A DNA stretch of 64,000 bases from Candidatus Latescibacterota bacterium (GTDB lineage: Bacteria; Latescibacterota; CBDEFO01), in assembly GCA_965248755.1 (NCBI GenBank), contig OZ252149.1, forward strand, positions 4,000,001 to 4,064,000, in the 5' to 3' direction. The notes below the pieces were generated by a model. It was not told the DNA's origin and searched no databases. It saw only the letters and a program-made list of their open reading frames with translations. Position 1 is the stretch's first letter. Each line of letters opens with the position of its first letter. Of the stretch, positions 40,746-51,001 are shown piece after piece. The translations under genes and the position numbers were made by a program.

Positions 40746-41381
40746 ATGATAAACGCCAAGTACATAGATCAGTACTTTGCCGAAATGGAAAGGATAATAG
40801 GCTTCCTCAAAATGGAGGACATAGACCGTGCGGTAGAGCTGTTGTTCCAGGCGTGGCAAGACGATAAGAGTGTCTTTATTATGGGCAATGGAGGCTCTGC
40901 CTCGACGGCTACTCATTTTGTGTGTGATCTTGCCAAGGTGACGGTTGTGGATGGCAAGAAACGATTCAAGGTTGTGGGACTGACGGATAATATCCCACTG
41001 GTGAGCGCGTGGACGAACGACAGCGGCTTCGGCAGCATCTTCGCTGAGCAGCTGGAGCCCTGGCTTGGAGAAGGGGACGTGCTAATCGGTTTGTCTGTGC
41101 ACGGTGGGTCGGGTGAGGGGGATGCGGGACCATGGTCCCAGAATCTGGTCAAGGCCATGAGATTAGCCAAAGAACGCGATGCTAAGATCATAGGATTCAG
41201 CGGCTTCGGGGGGGGAGCTCTGAAAGAAATGGCGGATGTCTGCATCGTAGTGCCTATAGATACAGAGCCACTGGGAACACCGCTTGTGGAGTCGTTTCAC
41301 GTTGCTCTGCATCACTTAGTCTGTACGGCTGTTGTAAGAAGGATAGAGAGGACACATGAAAAGAGCCGTGTTTCTGGATAG
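40746..41381 (+). CDS. gmhA: SIS-domain sugar-phosphate isomerase (GmhA-like, divergent)
   Basis: GNGGSASTATH, AWTND, FAEQL; SVHGGSG in place of STSGNS. Confidence 0.7.
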   Translation: MINAKYIDQYFAEMERIIGFLKMEDIDRAVELLFQAWQDDKSVFIMGNGGSASTATHFVCDLAKVTVVDGKKRFKVVGLTDNIPLVSAWTNDSGFGSIFAEQLEPWLGEGDVLIGLSVHGGSGEGDAGPWSQNLVKAMRLAKERDAKIIGFSGFGGGALKEMADVCIVVPIDTEPLGTPLVESFHVALHHLVCTAVVRRIERTHEKSRVSG

Positions 41382-41973
41382 AGACGGCGTTATCAACAGT
41401 GTTATCTACAACAGAGATGAGGGAATTAAAGATTCTCCCGTAAACCCCGATCAGTTTGAAGTACTACCGGGCGTGGGAGAGGCGGTAAGGCTTATAAATC
41501 AGATGGAATTTCTGGCCATACTGGTTTCAAACCAGCCGGGGGTCGCCAAAGGTAAGTTCACACACGAAATCCTAGATGCGATGACGGCTAAGATGGAAGT
41601 CGTGCTTGTAAAATCTGATGCTAAGTTAGATGGCATTTACTACTGTCTGCATCATCCCAAAGCTCTTTTGGACGAATACCGTGTAGTTTGCGAGTGCCGC
41701 AAGCCGAAGCCGGGATTACTTATAAATGGAGCAAAGGATTTCGGTGTAGATCTGGAAAGATCTTATATGATCGGGGATCGCATAGTGGATATTCAGGCGG
41801 GACAAGATGCTGGTTGTAAGACGCTGTGGATCGGTAAGTTAGATTCCCAAATGTCCAGATTGATGGAACAGGAGTGCCTAACTCCTGATTTTATAGTTCC
41901 CGAGCTGCTCGAAGGTGTAAGATTGATTCAACGAAAGGAGTTGGAGGATGGAAATATTCCTGGATACAGCTGA
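41356..41973 (+). CDS. gmhB: Sugar bisphosphate phosphatase (GmhB-like, HAD IIIA)
   Basis: FLDRDGVIN, SNQPG, CLHHP...CECRKPKPG, MIGD. Confidence 0.88.
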   Translation: MKRAVFLDRDGVINSVIYNRDEGIKDSPVNPDQFEVLPGVGEAVRLINQMEFLAILVSNQPGVAKGKFTHEILDAMTAKMEVVLVKSDAKLDGIYYCLHHPKALLDEYRVVCECRKPKPGLLINGAKDFGVDLERSYMIGDRIVDIQAGQDAGCKTLWIGKLDSQMSRLMEQECLTPDFIVPELLEGVRLIQRKELEDGNIPGYS

Positions 41974-42640
41974 TCTTGATCAGATAAAGGCTTGGCTGGG
42001 ATACAGAGCCATAGATGGGGTGACGACTAACCCTTCGATTATGCTTAAGAAAGGCATCTTTGACCTTGAAGCCGGGGCAAAGGAGATAGCCCAGGTTATG
42101 GGTCAACTCCCTGTCTCAGTGGAGGTCACGAGTAATGATCCTGAGGAGATGCTGGATCAGGCGAGGGAGATTTCCCAGTGGGCGCCAAATATCGTAGTGA
42201 AGATCCCGATCATAAACGAAAATGGGAGGCCCTGCCTGGACGTTATCGGGACACTGGAGGATGAGGGGATAAGAGTCAATGTTACGGCCTGTTTGTCCTA
42301 CGGTCAGGCTATATTGGCGGCAAAGGTCGGAGCTACATATGTGAGTATCTTCGCAGGGCGGGTATCCGACGAGGGTCACGACGCCTCCAAGCTCATCAGG
42401 ATGGTGAGAGACTGGATAGACGACTGGGGATATAAAGCAAAGATCATAGTCGGGAGCATAAGGGAGGTCATCAACATTCAGGACGCCGCTGCTTCTGGAA
42501 CTCACGTGATAACTGTACCACCTGAGTTTATGCATAAGTTAGTAGATCATAAGTTCTCGAGGGCCACGGTGCAGGCCTTTGTCGAGGATGGTCAGAAGGC
42601 TCTTGCTATGATGATTGAGCAGATGGTCTCGAAACAGTAG
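41948..42640 (+). CDS. tal: Transaldolase (small TalC/FSA fold)
   Basis: FLDTAD, GVTTNPS, SVEV (Glu), VVKIP, NVT, SIFAGR (Phe): transaldolase-type rather than FSA-type residues. Confidence 0.85.
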   Translation: MEIFLDTADLDQIKAWLGYRAIDGVTTNPSIMLKKGIFDLEAGAKEIAQVMGQLPVSVEVTSNDPEEMLDQAREISQWAPNIVVKIPIINENGRPCLDVIGTLEDEGIRVNVTACLSYGQAILAAKVGATYVSIFAGRVSDEGHDASKLIRMVRDWIDDWGYKAKIIVGSIREVINIQDAAASGTHVITVPPEFMHKLVDHKFSRATVQAFVEDGQKALAMMIEQMVSKQ

Positions 42641-42717
42641 TAGACAGTAGACAGCAGGCAGTAGACAGGGCACCCCACCTATCCCTGTATGCTGTCTACT
42701 GTTTGCTGTCTCCCTAT
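42635..42717. repeat. Inverted heptamer-repeat hairpin
   Basis: cagtaga cagcagg cagtaga caggg ... ccctg tatgctg tctactg tttgctg. Confidence 0.65.
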
Positions 42718-42736
42718 TTAGTGGAGTGTCGAAGCG

Positions 42737-43903
42737 TTGGAATTGGTGTTCCTTCTTTCCCTTGCGACTGTCGTCTACGTATATCTTGGTTATCCTTTCG
42801 CACTGGTGGTTATAAGAGCCGTAAAGGGGAAGAAGCCCCCGATTGAATCTATCGGGGGTAAAAAGCGTGATGTTACTCCCTCGGTATCTTTAGTTATCTC
42901 TGCCCATAATGAACAAGAGGTTATTGGGAAGAAGATTGAAAATAGCCTCCTTTTAGACTATCCACGGGATAAATTGGAGATTGTGGTGGCTTCGGACTGT
43001 TCCTCTGATAGAACGAATGAGATCGTCCGAAGCTATTCGGATCAAGGGATAATTCTGAATATTATTCCTCAAAGAGGGGGCAAAACTGTAGCCCAAAACG
43101 AGACTGTTCCTCTGACCAAGGGCGAAATCGTTATCTTCTCAGACGCCGATTCGATCTTTGAGAGGGATGTCATCTTAAGGCTCGCAACAAATTTCAGCGA
43201 TCCAGAGGTAGGTGCCGTCTCGGGTCGGCTCTTCTATACCAATTCAAACGAATCGGCGATGAGTTCAGGAGAGAGCCTCTACTGGAAGTACGAAAATTTG
43301 CTGAGGCAGTTGGAAAGCGATATAGGATCGTGCATCATGGCAAATGCAGCGATCTTTGCTATACGGCGTGAGTTTTACAGGCATCTCGACCCGGGGTTTT
43401 CAGAGGATTTTGTGCTCCCTCTCTGGATATCTGCCGATGGTGCAAAGTCCCTGTTCGATCCGGAGGCCGTGTGTTTTGAAAGGACGGCTGTTACCCCAAA
43501 GGACGAGTCGTCCATGAGGATCAGGACCGCTCATGGGGATTCCTACGGTCTTTTCAAGTTGAAGTGCATGTTGTCACCATTTCGACCCCTTTTGGCTTTT
43601 CAATCTATTTCCCATAAACTCCTGCGCTGGGCTGTGGGATTCTTTCTGATCTTGGCTTTCATCTCGAACGCCTTACTTCTTCACTCTTCCCCTTTGCTTC
43701 TTTATAAAATTACCTTTCTTTTGCAGTCGGCATTCTACCTGGCGGCTCTTGCCGGACTGATTCTGAACAGAAAGGGCAAAAACATGCGCCTGTTCTACCT
43801 GCCCTATTATTTCTGCGTGGTCAATATAGCCGTGTTGATAGGCTTGATGAAAAGCATTCTGGGAGTACCGTACGTGACTATATGGGAACAGAGATTAAGG
43901 TAG
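42737..43903 (+). CDS. GT2 glycosyltransferase with TM helices
   Basis: YLGYP, SAHNE, SDCSSD, GKTVAQN, FSDAD, YWKYE, SHKLLRW. Confidence 0.88.
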   Translation: MELVFLLSLATVVYVYLGYPFALVVIRAVKGKKPPIESIGGKKRDVTPSVSLVISAHNEQEVIGKKIENSLLLDYPRDKLEIVVASDCSSDRTNEIVRSYSDQGIILNIIPQRGGKTVAQNETVPLTKGEIVIFSDADSIFERDVILRLATNFSDPEVGAVSGRLFYTNSNESAMSSGESLYWKYENLLRQLESDIGSCIMANAAIFAIRREFYRHLDPGFSEDFVLPLWISADGAKSLFDPEAVCFERTAVTPKDESSMRIRTAHGDSYGLFKLKCMLSPFRPLLAFQSISHKLLRWAVGFFLILAFISNALLLHSSPLLLYKITFLLQSAFYLAALAGLILNRKGKNMRLFYLPYYFCVVNIAVLIGLMKSILGVPYVTIWEQRLR

Positions 43904-43912
43904 GAGCTACAA

Positions 43913-44737
43913 ATGCGTCTCAAGGATAAGGTAGCTATCGTAACAGGAGGAGGCAGAGGGATCGGCAGCAGCATCTGTCTTGCCTTTGCGAGGGAAGGGG
44001 CAGACATCGTTGTGGCCGCCCGCACAAGCGAGGAGATCCAGGGAATATCGGCTGAACTTGAGAGGCTGGGAGGACAAGCTCTTGCCCTGAAGACGGACGT
44101 ATCTCAGAGGGAAGATGTGCGAAATATGGTGGATCGGACGATCCGAGAATTCGGGAAAGTGGATATATTGGTCAACAACGCAGGAGTCCAAGGACCCATC
44201 GGGGCTACGGTAGACACAGATATAGACTGTTGGATTGAAACTGTAAAGATCAATCTCATCGGATCGTATCTATGTTCCAAAGGTGTTCTACCATATATGA
44301 TAAAGCAGAAAAGGGGAAAGATTATAAACCTTTCAGGAGGTGGGTCTGTATCTCCAAGACCCTTTTTTTCGGCATACGGCGTGTCCAAAGCTGCGCTTGT
44401 GCGATTTACTGAGACTTTGGCGGAAGAAGTTAAAGAGTTTAACATAGACGTAAACGCCATAGCGCCGGGAGCCATAAATACCCGGATGCTCGATGAGGTA
44501 CTGGAAGCAGGAGAGTCTGCTGGAGAGAAAGCTCTTGCTCAGGCACGAAGGCAGAAGGAAAACGGGGGTGTTCCGCTGGAAAGACCGGCGGCCTTAGCCC
44601 TATTTTTAGCCTCAGATGAGTCAAACGGTCTGACTGGCAGGTTAATAAGCAGCGTCTATGACGATTGGGAGTCTATGAATATAGCCCAGGTTATGTCGTC
44701 CGAACTTTATACAGTGCGCAGGATCGATCGGATATGA
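43913..44737 (+). CDS. SDR oxidoreductase
   Basis: TGGGRGIG, NNAG, SGGG, YGVSK. Confidence 0.9.
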   Translation: MRLKDKVAIVTGGGRGIGSSICLAFAREGADIVVAARTSEEIQGISAELERLGGQALALKTDVSQREDVRNMVDRTIREFGKVDILVNNAGVQGPIGATVDTDIDCWIETVKINLIGSYLCSKGVLPYMIKQKRGKIINLSGGGSVSPRPFFSAYGVSKAALVRFTETLAEEVKEFNIDVNAIAPGAINTRMLDEVLEAGESAGEKALAQARRQKENGGVPLERPAALALFLASDESNGLTGRLISSVYDDWESMNIAQVMSSELYTVRRIDRI

Positions 44738-45738
44738 AAATAGGTTTAGTAGGCGCGGGCGCTATAGGACAAAGAAGAGCCGAGGTGGTTGGGGAGGATG
44801 AATCTACAGAGATGGAAATCGTAGCTGATGTAGACGAGGAGAGGGCAAGGGAACTGGCCCAAAGGATACGATGCAGATGGACGACCGATCCCTCAGAGGT
44901 GGTAAACTGCGATGATGTGGATGCGGTGATTGTATCTGCCACGCCCAAATTTCTTTCTTTAATAAGTATAGCGGCTATGGAAAATGGTAAGCATGTCCTC
45001 TGTGAAAAGCCTCTGGGGAGGAACTCGAAGGAAGTCAAAGAGATGTGGGACGCAGCCTGTACAAACGGTGTGAGGCTCAAATCGGGCTTCAATCACCGCC
45101 ATCATCCGGGGATACTTAAGGCCCGAGAATTGTTCGAGATGGGCGTTATCGGGGAGTTGAATTTTGTCCGCTGTCGCTACGGACACGGAGGCAGACCGGG
45201 CTATGAGAGGGAATGGAGGGCAGACCCACAGATATCCGGAGGAGGCGAGTTGATAGATCAGGGGGTGCACGCTTTAGATCTCTTCCGCTGGTTCATGGGG
45301 GAATTCAGTCAGGTCGTGGGATTTGTAAGCACCAGATTCTGGGACATCAGTCCCTTAGAGGACAACGCCTTTGCCCTCCTCAAGACGGATAAAGATCAGA
45401 TAGCTTCTCTTCATGCGAGTTGGACCCAGTGGAAGAATATCTTTTCGTTTGAGATCTTTGGCCAGGACGGATACGTCATAGTAGACGGTTTAGGAGGTAA
45501 CTACGGTGCAGAGAAAGTAACGTTGGGTATAAGGTCCAAGTCCTCCGATCCACCAAAAGAGGAGGTCTTGGAGTTTCCAGGGTCGGACAGATCGTTCAGC
45601 TTGGAGTGGGAGGAGTTTGTGACGGCCATAAGGGATGATCGACGGATGTTAGCTGACGGATATGATGGTTGGCAGACTATGCGGCTGGTGGATGCTGTAT
45701 ATGAGTCTGCAGAAAAAGGATGTGTCGTGGAGTTGTAG
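44734..45738 (+). CDS. Gfo/Idh/MocA oxidoreductase
   Basis: GAGAIG, HVLCEKP, GFNHRH, YGHGGR, GGELIDQGVH; ATGA overlap with SDR. Confidence 0.9.
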   Translation: MKIGLVGAGAIGQRRAEVVGEDESTEMEIVADVDEERARELAQRIRCRWTTDPSEVVNCDDVDAVIVSATPKFLSLISIAAMENGKHVLCEKPLGRNSKEVKEMWDAACTNGVRLKSGFNHRHHPGILKARELFEMGVIGELNFVRCRYGHGGRPGYEREWRADPQISGGGELIDQGVHALDLFRWFMGEFSQVVGFVSTRFWDISPLEDNAFALLKTDKDQIASLHASWTQWKNIFSFEIFGQDGYVIVDGLGGNYGAEKVTLGIRSKSSDPPKEEVLEFPGSDRSFSLEWEEFVTAIRDDRRMLADGYDGWQTMRLVDAVYESAEKGCVVEL

Positions 45739-45914
45739 ACAATATGTGTTGGTTGGCTCTTGCCTTGAGTTGTTGAGAGGCGGCGCGGCCGCTTTGCTGG
45801 GGATCCAGCAAAGCACGATGTGGGCAAAGCAATATCAACTTTTGTCGTTGAGTTTGCTTGGGGGTTTGTGCCCGATTAGATCGGGGGTCACAATGGCCAT
45901 GAAAATCGAAAGGT

Positions 45915-46925
45915 ATGTTGAAAATGGAGTGGGTAGTATGTAATCTCTGCGGGAACGACGATGCGAGGGCGGTATTTCAGGAGTGGGGGTTGAATAACGT
46001 AAAGTGTCGCAAGTGTGGATTGGTCTATGTGAATCCCAGACTCAGCCAGGAAGAACTCGACAACTTCTACCAGGGGGAGTTCTACAGCAAAGGCAAAGCA
46101 AGCCCGGAGGAAATGGAGGAAGTGTTCCCGGATTCGGAAAGGTTCGGCGTAGATAGAGAGGAATTAGCCTCTCAACTGGTGAGAATCTATACGACTTGTA
46201 AGCACGACCAAGAGAAGCGCACAGACGTTGATCTCCTTAAGATGCACGAGTTTGCGAAAATGCGAATGCTGTTAAACGAAATAAGTAGATACCGCCCGCG
46301 GGGCAGGTTCTTGGACATAGGGTGCGGCTATGGATACCTCTTGAAGTTCGCTAAAGAAGAATATGGATATGAAACTTACGGGATCGAGCCTAACAAACAG
46401 TTGGTAGAGACGTGCAGGGAGTCCAGGGGTTTGCCGAATATCTTCCACGGTACTCTGGATGAAGCCGATTACGGGAGCGGATACTTTGACGTTGTGACTA
46501 TAACGGATGTGCTGGAACATCTTCCTGATCCCACAGAAGCGTTGAGTGAAATCAACAGACTATTGGTTCCGGGGGGAGTGCTCTTGATCAAAGTGCCCAA
46601 CGCCGATTATCAGCTTCTAAAAGCGGATTTGATAACTAAGCTGAGACTGCGAAAGAAGATGGAATCGATTATAGCGTATTCAGGTCTTTTGATGCCGCAA
46701 GAGCATATCTACAATTACTCCCAGAGGACCTTGCGGAAATATCTGAGAAAGGCCGGATTTGAGCAGTTAAAGCTGATTGTCCTTCCGAGCCGACTTACGG
46801 GTTTAAGTTGGATACGGGATTCTTTCCATAGACTCTACCACATGTTTGCTAGGCTTCTTTACCGTCTCAGCTTCGGCAGGCTCAATCTCTGCGTCTGGCT
46901 GGTTATGCTGGCCCAGAAGAAGTAG
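45915..46925 (+). CDS. Class I SAM methyltransferase with Zn ribbon
   Basis: CNLCG...CRKCGLVYVNPR, LDIGCGYG, DVLEHLPDP. Confidence 0.85.
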   Translation: MLKMEWVVCNLCGNDDARAVFQEWGLNNVKCRKCGLVYVNPRLSQEELDNFYQGEFYSKGKASPEEMEEVFPDSERFGVDREELASQLVRIYTTCKHDQEKRTDVDLLKMHEFAKMRMLLNEISRYRPRGRFLDIGCGYGYLLKFAKEEYGYETYGIEPNKQLVETCRESRGLPNIFHGTLDEADYGSGYFDVVTITDVLEHLPDPTEALSEINRLLVPGGVLLIKVPNADYQLLKADLITKLRLRKKMESIIAYSGLLMPQEHIYNYSQRTLRKYLRKAGFEQLKLIVLPSRLTGLSWIRDSFHRLYHMFARLLYRLSFGRLNLCVWLVMLAQKK

Positions 46926-46989
46926 AGCCCCTCTGAAATATCTCGCTTCACCAACACAATCTGTCTCGTCTGAAAGCTCACTGCTTACT

Positions 46990-49422
46990 ATGGTAAGATA
47001 CGCCCTCTATTATGTTGTTGGCGTTTTGACTTTACCGCTTGGGATCTCCGAAGGAGTTGCCAAAAACGTTCCTGCAATGGAGTCAAAAGGTTCTGTGCCT
47101 AGCTTAGTCCAGAACGGGGACTGCGAGTTGGACAGTGACGCCGATGGTGTCCCCGACGACTGGCATCATTCGGACCGAAAGTACAGTCCTAAAACGCCTG
47201 AGGGTCGGTTCTATCTGAACATGATCAATAATTCGGCGGATTACAGGTGGGAGGAGAGAGGATATAGAAGCAATAGGTGTCTGTCGTTGGAGGTTAAATC
47301 AAAGATCTATTGGGGAGAATGGGACATAGAGGTGTCCGGCATTAAGCCTCATACCGACTATACACTTTCGTTCTGGTACTATCAGCCTGAGCGCTTCGGA
47401 CTTCAGGTTTTGATCTTCGGACGGGACATCTACGTCAAGAGGGCGAGGGATTTTCGCCAGTGGATGTACTATAGTACTGTCGTAAATTCTGGGGATTATT
47501 CCGGCGATTCGGTGATCGGATTTTTAGTTGAATATCCCAGGCAAAAGACAAAGGTGTTCATAGATAATGTGGAACTTTACAAAGGGACGATAGAGCGTCC
47601 TGATGACAGGTGGAACTTTGGGAGCTTCATAGGTCGAAATGAGGCGAGGCTCACCTATTTCACATATGACAGAGGTTATATCTCCCCCGATATAGTGGCC
47701 CCCCTTTCCTTCGGATTGAGCTTCCGCTTTCTGGATCGAATGCCTCCCTCATTAACGGTAAATTTGCATCTGCCGTTGGAAGTGGAAGTTGTCGGATACG
47801 GAGCAAAATATTGGTCGAGCATCAAGGATTGGACCCGTCTGGAAAGGACTCCCATAGATCGGGACGGAAAGCCTTATACAAGATATTCCATAATCTATCC
47901 TGTAAACCGAAACGTCTTTACTCATCCGACGCATCCGGGCTTAAAGCCGATTGTATGGTATCTTGAGACGAACCTTGAGGAGGGAGAAATTGACGCCTAC
48001 TTTTCTCTCGAGTGGGATGGGGGCAGGCAAAAGGAGCAGCGACTGCCTTTGAGGATAATCAGGATCCCGAAAGCACCTCCTTTAAAGAGGCTCAGGATCA
48101 TGGAGGATATATCGCCGGAGAATCTTTCGGATTGGCCTAAACTGCTGACGTCTTTAAAGACTATAGGCGTGAATCTGGTGATGTATAATCCGCGCTGGAC
48201 TCAAAGTTCTACCTCTTTCAATCGAATAAAAGGGGACGTGGAGAGGATTAAAGGAGCCGGATTTGGGGTCGGCACTTGGTTCAATCTTGGGAGTGCGTAC
48301 AGTTCGGACAGAGATTCGTGGGCTGTCAGTTTAGATGGAGAGCCGATTTCTCCCGATAAGGCACCTACGTGTTTCACAGATAGAGGTCTGGCTTTCAAAG
48401 AGGCATTGAGAATAGGCGAAAAGATGGTCGATTCTGGGATACGGTTTATCTTCATGGACGATGAGGGAACACCGTCGTGCTTCTGCAATGCGTGTGTGGC
48501 AAGCTTCAAAGAGTACATGACCGAAATGGACATTGAATACGTAGAGCCCGTAAGTTTTGAAAGAAAGCCGAAGGATCATCCGGATCTGCACAGATTGTGG
48601 ATGGATTTCGGAAGGTGGTCCTATGCCCGGGCTGTGAGAGATTTCCGTCTGGAGCTTTCGAATTACATGGACGCCAGAGGTATCCTGGACAAACATTTGG
48701 AGATTCTGGACGGCGGGATGGCTATCCTTCCGTACGGTAGCATCAAGGACGGGAATTTGTCGCATCCATCCAGCGATTCCAAGGTTGTAAACAGCTTTGG
48801 AGAGGCCTTTGATTTCTACGGCGAGCAGTTGTATATAAATTGCTACGATGCGTGGCTTAACGGATCTCCGAAGATGGCCGGAGACAGGCAGTCCATCCTT
48901 ACTTCGGTCTTTAGGGCCATCAGCCAGTTTCCCCTTGCGAGCGCGGGCCTTACGTATATGGATGCGATGAACGATTTTCAGCCGCATAAGTTGATGAAGT
49001 ATCAGCTTATGGAGATCCTGTCCGCCGGCGTGCAGGGGATCTATGTCTATCCGTTTATGGACGTAGACCCCATGGATATGATGTATATAGCCCAGGTTGT
49101 GAGTGGAATCGCCCCCGTGGAAGATATTGTATTCAACGGACTTCCGGAAAATATAGCGGATGTTTCGGATAGGAGTGTAAGTGCGCGCTCTCTTTTGTGG
49201 GGCGATGAGGCGTTAGTTTTGGTTTCCGATTACAGCACTATGGATGACACAGAAAAAGAAGTCACAGTCGTATGCCGCATGCACAGCAGGTCTAATATAA
49301 TAGATCTGGAAAGTGGGGATAAGATTTTGCCACTTTCTACCAGTCCTCTGACATTCAAGGTCTTCCTGGGCAAAGAACGAGCCAGGATGTTCTATGTGGG
49401 ACCAAGAGAATTGCTGAGATAG
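46990..49422 (+). CDS. Large secreted protein: CBM-like N-domain plus putative hydrolase-like domain
   Basis: Signal-like N-terminus, LVQNGDCE.D...PDDW, FIDNVEL, FMDDEG, CFCNAC; start placed at ATG 46990. Confidence 0.55.
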   Translation: MVRYALYYVVGVLTLPLGISEGVAKNVPAMESKGSVPSLVQNGDCELDSDADGVPDDWHHSDRKYSPKTPEGRFYLNMINNSADYRWEERGYRSNRCLSLEVKSKIYWGEWDIEVSGIKPHTDYTLSFWYYQPERFGLQVLIFGRDIYVKRARDFRQWMYYSTVVNSGDYSGDSVIGFLVEYPRQKTKVFIDNVELYKGTIERPDDRWNFGSFIGRNEARLTYFTYDRGYISPDIVAPLSFGLSFRFLDRMPPSLTVNLHLPLEVEVVGYGAKYWSSIKDWTRLERTPIDRDGKPYTRYSIIYPVNRNVFTHPTHPGLKPIVWYLETNLEEGEIDAYFSLEWDGGRQKEQRLPLRIIRIPKAPPLKRLRIMEDISPENLSDWPKLLTSLKTIGVNLVMYNPRWTQSSTSFNRIKGDVERIKGAGFGVGTWFNLGSAYSSDRDSWAVSLDGEPISPDKAPTCFTDRGLAFKEALRIGEKMVDSGIRFIFMDDEGTPSCFCNACVASFKEYMTEMDIEYVEPVSFERKPKDHPDLHRLWMDFGRWSYARAVRDFRLELSNYMDARGILDKHLEILDGGMAILPYGSIKDGNLSHPSSDSKVVNSFGEAFDFYGEQLYINCYDAWLNGSPKMAGDRQSILTSVFRAISQFPLASAGLTYMDAMNDFQPHKLMKYQLMEILSAGVQGIYVYPFMDVDPMDMMYIAQVVSGIAPVEDIVFNGLPENIADVSDRSVSARSLLWGDEALVLVSDYSTMDDTEKEVTVVCRMHSRSNIIDLESGDKILPLSTSPLTFKVFLGKERARMFYVGPRELLR

Positions 49423-49705
49423 CAAACACTCTGATTTGGAAACGTAAAGTTCAAGTTCTGAGAAGAGATAACAATTTGCCCGAACGTACGTATTCGTAGT
49501 GATGACCACTTAGTCGCTCGTGCCTCCACTCTCTGATAATACACGCTGTGCCGCGGTACCCTGCCCCAGGGGTGGCATAGCCCTGCCCTCTACGTTTAAT
49601 TCAAGTTGCCTATTTCAAGGCCTCGTAGGTTGAACCCATGTGGCAGTGGGGAGGGAGGTGTGGAGGAAGCCACGACGTTCCTGAAGAACTCTTTGGGGAA
49701 AACAG

Positions 49706-51001
49706 ATGTGGATACTATACGATCTCATCTTTCTTCTTGTTTTGATCTTAGCCCTGCCATATATCCTGCTGCTGGCGCTTTTAGGTCGAGAGAGGATGGC
49801 AGAAAGGTTGGGGCTAAAGTTGCCAACCGATATAGATGGGTTGTCCGATAAGAAGCTTATATGGGTACACGCGGCGTCTGTGGGCGAAATATCGGCGGCA
49901 GCCGCACTTGTAAGTGAGATAAAGAAGGTTCGCCCCGAATTGTACGTCGTAGTCTCTACGACTACGACGACGGGTCTTTATAGGGCAAAAGAGATAGTGT
50001 ATGGGGGAGACCTTTTCATGGTCGCCCCTTTTGACTTTTCCCCCATAGTCAAGCGTGTCATATACAGGTTAAGGCCAATGGCTCTGGTCATTATAGAGAC
50101 TGAGATATGGCCCAATTTGATAAGGGCAGCTAAAAGGAGAGGATCCCAGGTCGCTATAGTTAGCGGAAGGTTGTCCCAGAAAGGGTTCTTGCGGTACAGG
50201 ATAGCCAGAGGATGGTTTTCAAAGATACTGGTTTTGATAGACGTAGTCTGCGTTCAGTCGGAAGGGGACAAGGACAGATTCACCGCTCTGGGCGCGGATA
50301 AAAAGAGGATCAAGCTTACGGGCAATCTGAAGATAGATAGCCTGAAAGTAACATCAGATGCGAGAGGAAAAAAGTGTATCAGGAAGGATTTCGGGCTATT
50401 GGAAGATGGCAAAGTGTTGATAGCTGGCAGCACGAGACAGGGGGAGGAAGATATTATAGTGCGGGTCTTTGAGAAACTTTGCCGCCGATTCGGCGATCTG
50501 TCCTTGATAATTGCTCCTCGCCATCTGGATAGGTTGAAAGAAGTTGAAGAAATAGTTCAAACATACAACCTTCCCTACCTAAAATGGAGCGACGTGGTGC
50601 GGTCACTCCGTGTTGAGGGAAGTAACTCTCAGGTGAAATATAGCGTTATAATTCTAGATACAGTGGGAGAGCTTGCGTCCGTGTACCGGTTGGCGGATGT
50701 GGCATTTGTAGGAGGAAGTCTGATGCCACTTGGGGGGCATAACCCGTTAGAGCCAGCGGCTGTGGGAGTTCCTACCATATTCGGGAAGTACATGGATCAG
50801 GAGGGAGCATATATGCTCCTTGAAAGCGGAGCAGCGCTTAAGGTGGAGGATGAAGATGAACTCCTGATAGCCTTGGAGCGTCTCTTCGAGGATGAGGAAG
50901 AGCGGGGAAGGATGGGAGGAGCCGGGATAGATGCTATTTCAAAAGCTCAGGGCGTCGCCCCAAGGACAGTGGAACTTTTAGTGGCAAGAGGGATAATATG
51001 A
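49706..51001 (+). CDS. waaA: 3-deoxy-D-manno-octulosonate (Kdo) transferase
   Basis: IWVHAASVGE, ETEIWPN, TGNLK, APRH, FVGGSL, GGHNPLEPA. Confidence 0.93.
   Translation: MWILYDLIFLLVLILALPYILLLALLGRERMAERLGLKLPTDIDGLSDKKLIWVHAASVGEISAAAALVSEIKKVRPELYVVVSTTTTTGLYRAKEIVYGGDLFMVAPFDFSPIVKRVIYRLRPMALVIIETEIWPNLIRAAKRRGSQVAIVSGRLSQKGFLRYRIARGWFSKILVLIDVVCVQSEGDKDRFTALGADKKRIKLTGNLKIDSLKVTSDARGKKCIRKDFGLLEDGKVLIAGSTRQGEEDIIVRVFEKLCRRFGDLSLIIAPRHLDRLKEVEEIVQTYNLPYLKWSDVVRSLRVEGSNSQVKYSVIILDTVGELASVYRLADVAFVGGSLMPLGGHNPLEPAAVGVPTIFGKYMDQEGAYMLLESGAALKVEDEDELLIALERLFEDEEERGRMGGAGIDAISKAQGVAPRTVELLVARGII

Noticed and set aside
49549..49594. GC-rich REP-like or terminator-like sequence before waaA
   Set aside because: Palindrome too imperfect and no U-tract; cannot be supported
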